Source of the DNA: a virus
Lineage: Duplodnaviria > Caudoviricetes
DNA length: 60,310 nt
IMG/VR virus record: IMGVR_UViG_3300032304_000756
Location: 1-60,310 of that record
Direction: 5' to 3' (one strand)
The position numbers and the translations under genes are program-made. Positions 55,728 through 60,310 of this stretch are shown here, in pieces; positions within the stretch are counted from its first letter, which is position 1, and every line of letters starts with the position of its first letter. Below the pieces are notes generated by a model that saw only the letters and a program-made list of their open reading frames with translations, was not told where the DNA came from and searched no databases.

Positions 55728-56360
55728 ATGAGTAGTTTATACTTACGCGAAAACCTAACATTCGATCAAGCCCGTATGGTTGTGGAATCTGATGGCGCCG
55801 ATGGCAAAAACATGTACCTTAAGGGTATCTGTATCCAAGGCGGCATCAAAAACGCAAATCAGCGTGTGTATCCTGTGAGCGAAATCGGCAGGGCTGTCAA
55901 AACACTAAACGACCAGTTAACTGGCGGATATTCGGTTTTAGGCGAAGTAGATCATCCAGACGACTTAAAAATTAATCTAGACCGTGTAAGCCATATGATC
56001 CAGGAAATGTGGATGGATGGACCAAACGGTTATGGGAAGATGAAAGTTCTTCCAACACCAATGGGCAACTTAGTTCGCACTATGTTAGAAAGCGGTGTCA
56101 AGTTAGGAGTTAGTAGTCGCGGATCCGGAAACGTCAAGGAAGACGGTTCTGGTGAAGTGAGTGATTTTGAGATTATTACAGTTGATGTAGTGGCTCAACC
56201 GTCAGCCCCGGGTGCGTATCCAACGCCCATTTATGAACATCTCATGAATAGCAAGGGCGGATACAAGGCATTTTTAACAGCACAAGAAGTACAAGGCGAC
56301 GTAAAGGCACAGAAATACCTAAAAGAAAGCCTATTAAAGATAATAGGCGGACTCCAATAA
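55728..56360 (+). CDS. gp21: Prohead protease
   Basis: 'KNANQRVYP', 'LGEVDHP', 'RVSH', 'TPMGN', 'GVSSRGSG', 'DVVAQPSAPGA'. Confidence 0.95.
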   Translation: MSSLYLRENLTFDQARMVVESDGADGKNMYLKGICIQGGIKNANQRVYPVSEIGRAVKTLNDQLTGGYSVLGEVDHPDDLKINLDRVSHMIQEMWMDGPNGYGKMKVLPTPMGNLVRTMLESGVKLGVSSRGSGNVKEDGSGEVSDFEIITVDVVAQPSAPGAYPTPIYEHLMNSKGGYKAFLTAQEVQGDVKAQKYLKESLLKIIGGLQ

Positions 56361-56374
56361 CAAGGGAGAATCAC

Positions 56375-57466
56375 ATGTTGGATGCACTTAAATCATTATT
56401 TGAAAACAACGTGATTTCCGAAGAAATCAGGGCAGACATCGAGTCTGCTTGGACTGCCAGAATCGCTGAAAATCGCGAACAGGCTACTCAACAACTACGC
56501 GAAGAATTCGCGCAAAAATACGAACATGACAAAAATGTAATGGTCGATGCAATCAATAACATGATTGAAGATCGTTTATCTGTCGAAATCCAAGAGTTTA
56601 CTGAAGATCGCGCACAGTTAGCCGAAGCGAAAGCCCGCTATGCTGTAGCAATTCGCGAGCATTCAAGCAAACTCAATGAGTTTGTATTAAAATCTCTTGC
56701 TAGAGAAATTTCTGAACTTCACGAAGATCAGAAAGTAATGGCTGAGAATTTTGGTAAGTTGGAGCAGTTTGTGGTCGAAGCATTGGCTAAGGAAATTGCA
56801 GACTTCTATGACGACAAGAAAGATTTGGCTGAAACCAAAGTACGTCTTGTTAAAGAAGCAAGAGAACAATTTGCTCACTTAAAGAGCAAGTTTGTAAAGA
56901 CTTCAGCAGGTTTGGTTGAATCTGTTGTAAAACAAGGTCTTGAAAAAGAAATTACACAACTTAAAGAAGATATCGATCAAGCTCGTCAAAACGATTTTGG
57001 ACGTAAGATTTTCGAAGCGTTTACATCTGAATATCAGAACAGTTTGATGAATGAGAAATCTGAAACAAGCAAATTACTAAAAGTAATCGCAGAAAAAGAA
57101 CAAAAACTCGCAGAAGCACAAAGCATTATTTCAGAAAAACAACAGATAGTCGAAAGCAGAGATCAAGAAATTATTCGCGCTCAAGAAACTGCTGAACGTC
57201 GTGAAATTATGAGTGAACTTCTAAATCCTCTAAACAAGGATCAACAAGAAATTATGAGCGAGTTACTAGAAAGTGTGCAAACTGTAAGACTACGTACTAG
57301 TTTCGACAAGTACCTGCCATCAGTGTTGAGTGGTAGCACACCGGAGAAGAAGAAGGCTCTTGTAGAGGCAAAAGAAATCACAGGCAATAAAGAAACCCAT
57401 AGCATTAGTAGTGCTAATAGCCAGGCCGATGTAATTGACATTCGTCGCCTTGCTGGATTAAAATAA
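56375..57466 (+). CDS. gp22: Prohead core scaffolding protein
   Basis: Coiled-coil, E/K-rich. Lies between gp21 and gp23. 'FGRKIFEAF'. Confidence 0.8.
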   Translation: MLDALKSLFENNVISEEIRADIESAWTARIAENREQATQQLREEFAQKYEHDKNVMVDAINNMIEDRLSVEIQEFTEDRAQLAEAKARYAVAIREHSSKLNEFVLKSLAREISELHEDQKVMAENFGKLEQFVVEALAKEIADFYDDKKDLAETKVRLVKEAREQFAHLKSKFVKTSAGLVESVVKQGLEKEITQLKEDIDQARQNDFGRKIFEAFTSEYQNSLMNEKSETSKLLKVIAEKEQKLAEAQSIISEKQQIVESRDQEIIRAQETAERREIMSELLNPLNKDQQEIMSELLESVQTVRLRTSFDKYLPSVLSGSTPEKKKALVEAKEITGNKETHSISSANSQADVIDIRRLAGLK

Positions 57467-57476
57467 GGAGAAATTT

Positions 57477-58652
57477 ATGTCAGAACTACTAGAAAGCCGC
57501 TGGCAAGAAACTAAAGAGGCACTATTAGAAGGCCTTCAAGGTACCAAGCGCTCAGTCATGGGAGTTACTTTAGAGAACACTCGTAAGTATCTTTCAGAAT
57601 CTGCAAGCACAGGCGCCACTTCTGCCGGTAACGTTGCAACCCTAAATCGCGTGATCCTTCCAGTGATCAGACGTGTGATGCCTACGGTCATCGCTAATGA
57701 ATTAGTTGGCGTACAGCCAATGACTGGTCCAGTTGGTCAAATCCATACGCTACGTGTTCGCTACAGCGATACACTAAGCGGCTCATATGGTGCTACTGCT
57801 GGTGAAGAGGCGTTAAGCCCATTCAAAATTGCTGAAGGTTATTCAGCAAACAACGGTAGTGCTAAGACTGCTGCCGCAACTGCCGCATTAGAAGGCGTTG
57901 CTGGTAAGCGTATGAGCATTCAAATCTTGAAACAAACAGTTGAAGCCAAGACTCGTAAGTTGTCTGCACGTTGGACATTCGAGGCTGCTCAAGATGCACA
58001 AGCCCAACAAGGCATTGACATTGAAGCAGAAATCATGGCTGCTTTGGCTCAAGAAATTACTGCTGAAATTGACCAAGAAGTTCTAGGTTCCCTAGCAACT
58101 CTTGCAACATCTAACGGTAACAACCAAGCATTCGACCAGGCTACTGTTTCTGGTACAGCAACATTCGTTGGTGATGAGCATGCCGCTTTGGCAGTTCTAA
58201 TCAACCGTGCGGCTAACGTGATCGCTCAGCGTACACGTCGTGGTGCTGGTAACTGGGCTGTTGTTAGCCCATATGCATTGACAATCCTACAATCTGCTAC
58301 TACAAGCGCATTTGCTCGTACAACAGAAGGTACATTCGAAGCACCTACAAACACCAAGTTTGTTGGTACATTGAACAATGCAATGAAGATCTACGTTAAC
58401 ACATACGCTGGTGACAGCGATGCAGTGTTAGTTGGCTACAAAGGTTCTAGCGAATCTGATGCGGCTGCATTCTATTGCCCATACGTTCCATTGATGAGCA
58501 GTGGTGTTGTATTAGATCCATCAACTTTCGAACCAGTCGTATCATTTATGACACGTTATGGTTATGTTGAGTTGAACAACACAGCGTCATCTCTTGGTAA
58601 CGCCGCTGATTACTTGGGAACAGTTAGCATCGCTAACGCAACATTCCAGTAA
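57477..58652 (+). CDS. gp23: Major capsid protein
   Basis: 'RRVMPTVIANELVGVQPMTGPVG', 'VEAKTRKLSARWTFEAAQD', 'EITAEID', 'AFYCPYVPL', 'FMTRYG'. Confidence 0.97.
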   Translation: MSELLESRWQETKEALLEGLQGTKRSVMGVTLENTRKYLSESASTGATSAGNVATLNRVILPVIRRVMPTVIANELVGVQPMTGPVGQIHTLRVRYSDTLSGSYGATAGEEALSPFKIAEGYSANNGSAKTAAATAALEGVAGKRMSIQILKQTVEAKTRKLSARWTFEAAQDAQAQQGIDIEAEIMAALAQEITAEIDQEVLGSLATLATSNGNNQAFDQATVSGTATFVGDEHAALAVLINRAANVIAQRTRRGAGNWAVVSPYALTILQSATTSAFARTTEGTFEAPTNTKFVGTLNNAMKIYVNTYAGDSDAVLVGYKGSSESDAAAFYCPYVPLMSSGVVLDPSTFEPVVSFMTRYGYVELNNTASSLGNAADYLGTVSIANATFQ

Positions 58653-58678
58653 TCAACACTTAACTAAGTGTAACAAGG

Positions 58679-58707
58679 AAAGGACTCTTCGGAGTCCTTT
58701 TTCTTTT
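58679..58707 (+). terminator. Rho-independent terminator after gp23
   Basis: AAAGGACTC-TTCG-GAGTCCTTT followed by TTCTTTT (C-UUCG-G tetraloop). Confidence 0.9.
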
Positions 58708-58711
58708 GTGG

Positions 58712-58718
58712 CTAAATA
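58712..58718 (+). promoter_or_regulatory. Late promoter box (CTAAATA)
   Basis: Directly after the terminator. Confidence 0.6.
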
Positions 58719-58802
58719 CAATGTCTAAATTATATTCGCATAGTGCGAACTTATGCAGAATCCCTCTGCGTAGACCTAAAACGTCAAATTAAGGAGAATC
58801 AA

Positions 58803-59225
58803 ATGGGACGTCCATTAAAGAAAGATGTGTACGGTACTAAAGTTACACGTTCATTTACAACATCACAAGCAGGTATTTTAGTTCAAGGTTACTTTGGCGG
58901 CGCATTAGCCAGTGACTATCAAATCGTTAAGCAACGTGGTAAGAGCACATACGTTGTTTTAAAAACATCAGACGATGCATTTACAGAAGCAGAAAGCATT
59001 GGCGGCATCACAGGTACCAACTTAAAAGTTGGTAAATTAGTTGCGGCAACACCAAGTGCTAACGGTGAAATTCGCATCCTCGGATCTACAACAGGTCAAA
59101 CTCCAGGTACTGTTGCTATTGCCAAGTTAACTAAGCGTCTTGCTCGTGACTTCAGCGGTAACAAATATAAATGGTATCTAGATAACGATTCGTCAGCAGA
59201 CGTATTGGTATTGATAGCAGTTTAA
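58803..59225 (+). CDS. Putative virion protein
   Basis: AAGGAG SD, ATG 58803 (MGRPLKK...). Has its own promoter and terminator. Confidence 0.7.
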   Translation: MGRPLKKDVYGTKVTRSFTTSQAGILVQGYFGGALASDYQIVKQRGKSTYVVLKTSDDAFTEAESIGGITGTNLKVGKLVAATPSANGEIRILGSTTGQTPGTVAIAKLTKRLARDFSGNKYKWYLDNDSSADVLVLIAV

Positions 59226-59226
59226 T

Positions 59227-59248
59227 ATAAAGGGCTTCGGCCCTTTAT
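59227..59248 (+). terminator. Terminator hairpin
   Basis: ATAAAGGGC-TTCG-GCCCTTTAT. Confidence 0.8.
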
Positions 59249-59260
59249 TAAGGATTTGAC

Positions 59261-60277
59261 ATGGCAAGAATAGTTAAAGTACAAGACGACTCTTATAAAT
59301 TATCAGTTAATTCTGGCGGGACAATCACGCTGAATACTGGTAATCAAATAGGCACGGTTTTTGTCACAGGCGATTTAACAGTACTAGGTAACACCACAAG
59401 CATTCAAACAGCCAACGTTGAAATAGAAGATAAAATTATTCTATTGAACAAAGGAGAAGTGGGAGCAGGTATCAGTCCTACCAACAATGGCAAATCAGGA
59501 ATTCAAATATCTCGTGGATCTAGACCAGATGCGTTTTTAATCTTTGACGAAGCAAAAAATTGGTTGGATACACAAACCGGTACCACACGTAGCGGCCTAT
59601 TTGTAGCAAAAAACGAAAATGATGAGTTAATGGGAGTGCAAACTAATTCCATTACCACAGACGGCTACAACTTAAACTTGATAGGTACAGGCACAGCAGT
59701 GGTCAATGTTACCGGCACGGTAGACTACGAACAGCAGGTATTAGATTACAGTGCCCCAGGACTTCCACCATTGGATCCGGACATCATTCCTAACATACAA
59801 GCAGTAACAGATTATGTTGGCGCATACTTTACAGTTAATCCTCCATTCAAAATTCAGGACAGCGCCATTGTGGATGGCCTCACAGTTTTGTATGATTCGT
59901 TTTTAGAAGTCAGTGACTTTGAAGCAGACGGTGGCCCAAGTAATTTAACATTAACACTGGATAATGTTGTTAATGCGGCATGGTTTGTGGATAGGTTTGA
60001 AGTACAAAATTTGAAGTTTTATAATGCTACTATTGAAAGTAGATTAAGTAACGAAGATTTAGTTTTACGCAGTGACGGTACAGGTTGTGTTGGAGTAGAT
60101 GATCACTTTAAACTATATCTACAAGCAACAGATCCAGGCAGTGTAGCGGATGGTGTAAAACTATATGCTAAAAATGAAGCTCAAGGTGGTACAGGTTTGT
60201 TCTTCGTAAATTCAGAAAACAAACAAGATGAATTAATAAGTAAACGTAAAGCAATCGTTTATAGTATGATATTTTAA
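59261..60277 (+). CDS. Putative virion fibre/structural protein
   Basis: 'GDLTVLGNTTSIQTANVEIEDKIILLNK' is similar to a segment of the 15941-17788 fibre. Confidence 0.65.
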   Translation: MARIVKVQDDSYKLSVNSGGTITLNTGNQIGTVFVTGDLTVLGNTTSIQTANVEIEDKIILLNKGEVGAGISPTNNGKSGIQISRGSRPDAFLIFDEAKNWLDTQTGTTRSGLFVAKNENDELMGVQTNSITTDGYNLNLIGTGTAVVNVTGTVDYEQQVLDYSAPGLPPLDPDIIPNIQAVTDYVGAYFTVNPPFKIQDSAIVDGLTVLYDSFLEVSDFEADGGPSNLTLTLDNVVNAAWFVDRFEVQNLKFYNATIESRLSNEDLVLRSDGTGCVGVDDHFKLYLQATDPGSVADGVKLYAKNEAQGGTGLFFVNSENKQDELISKRKAIVYSMIF

Positions 60278-60286
60278 GGATAGAAA

Positions 60287-60310
60287 ATGGCAATCACTAG
60301 CAATTTAGTA
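60287..60310 (+). CDS. Start of next gene (MAITSNLV...), truncated by window edge
   Basis: AAGGA SD and ATG at 60287. Confidence 0.5.

Noticed and set aside
1-60310. CRISPR array, tRNA genes, integrase/transposase, reverse transcriptase (DGR/retron)
   Set aside because: No regularly spaced repeats, cloverleafs or corresponding protein motifs were seen in this window.
1-60310. Stop-codon reassignment
   Set aside because: Conserved genes are full length in the standard code and coding density is high.

Overview
A 60.3-kb segment of a large T4-like (myovirus) phage genome, AT-rich and densely coding in the standard genetic code. 1-13.9 kb (+): early/metabolic genes, including a glycosyltransferase, cupin, phosphoribosyltransferase, HIT hydrolase, CDGSH-like protein, FolE, QueE, RNase H/5' nuclease, a MoxR-type AAA ATPase plus VWA/HEXXH partner, DHFR and ThyA. 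13.9-43.9 kb (-): tail-fibre and baseplate genes, including a 4,699-aa giant protein. 43.9-48.3 kb (+): gp55-like late sigma factor, gp47/gp46 and a small GIY-YIG nuclease. 49.9-60.3 kb (+): tape-measure-like gene and head module (portal, protease, scaffold, major capsid protein). Two signals are not explained by the ORF track. (1) A highly structured, probably pseudoknotted non-coding stretch of about 360-440 nt starts right after the GIY-YIG stop codon, a candidate nuclease + ncRNA system. (2) A textbook -1 frameshift cassette (slippery heptamer, 6-nt spacer, 11-bp stem) would fuse the gp26-like gene to an unannotated downstream reading frame, in the manner of lambda G/GT tail chaperones. 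All calls come from motif recognition by eye; no database searches or folding programs were run.
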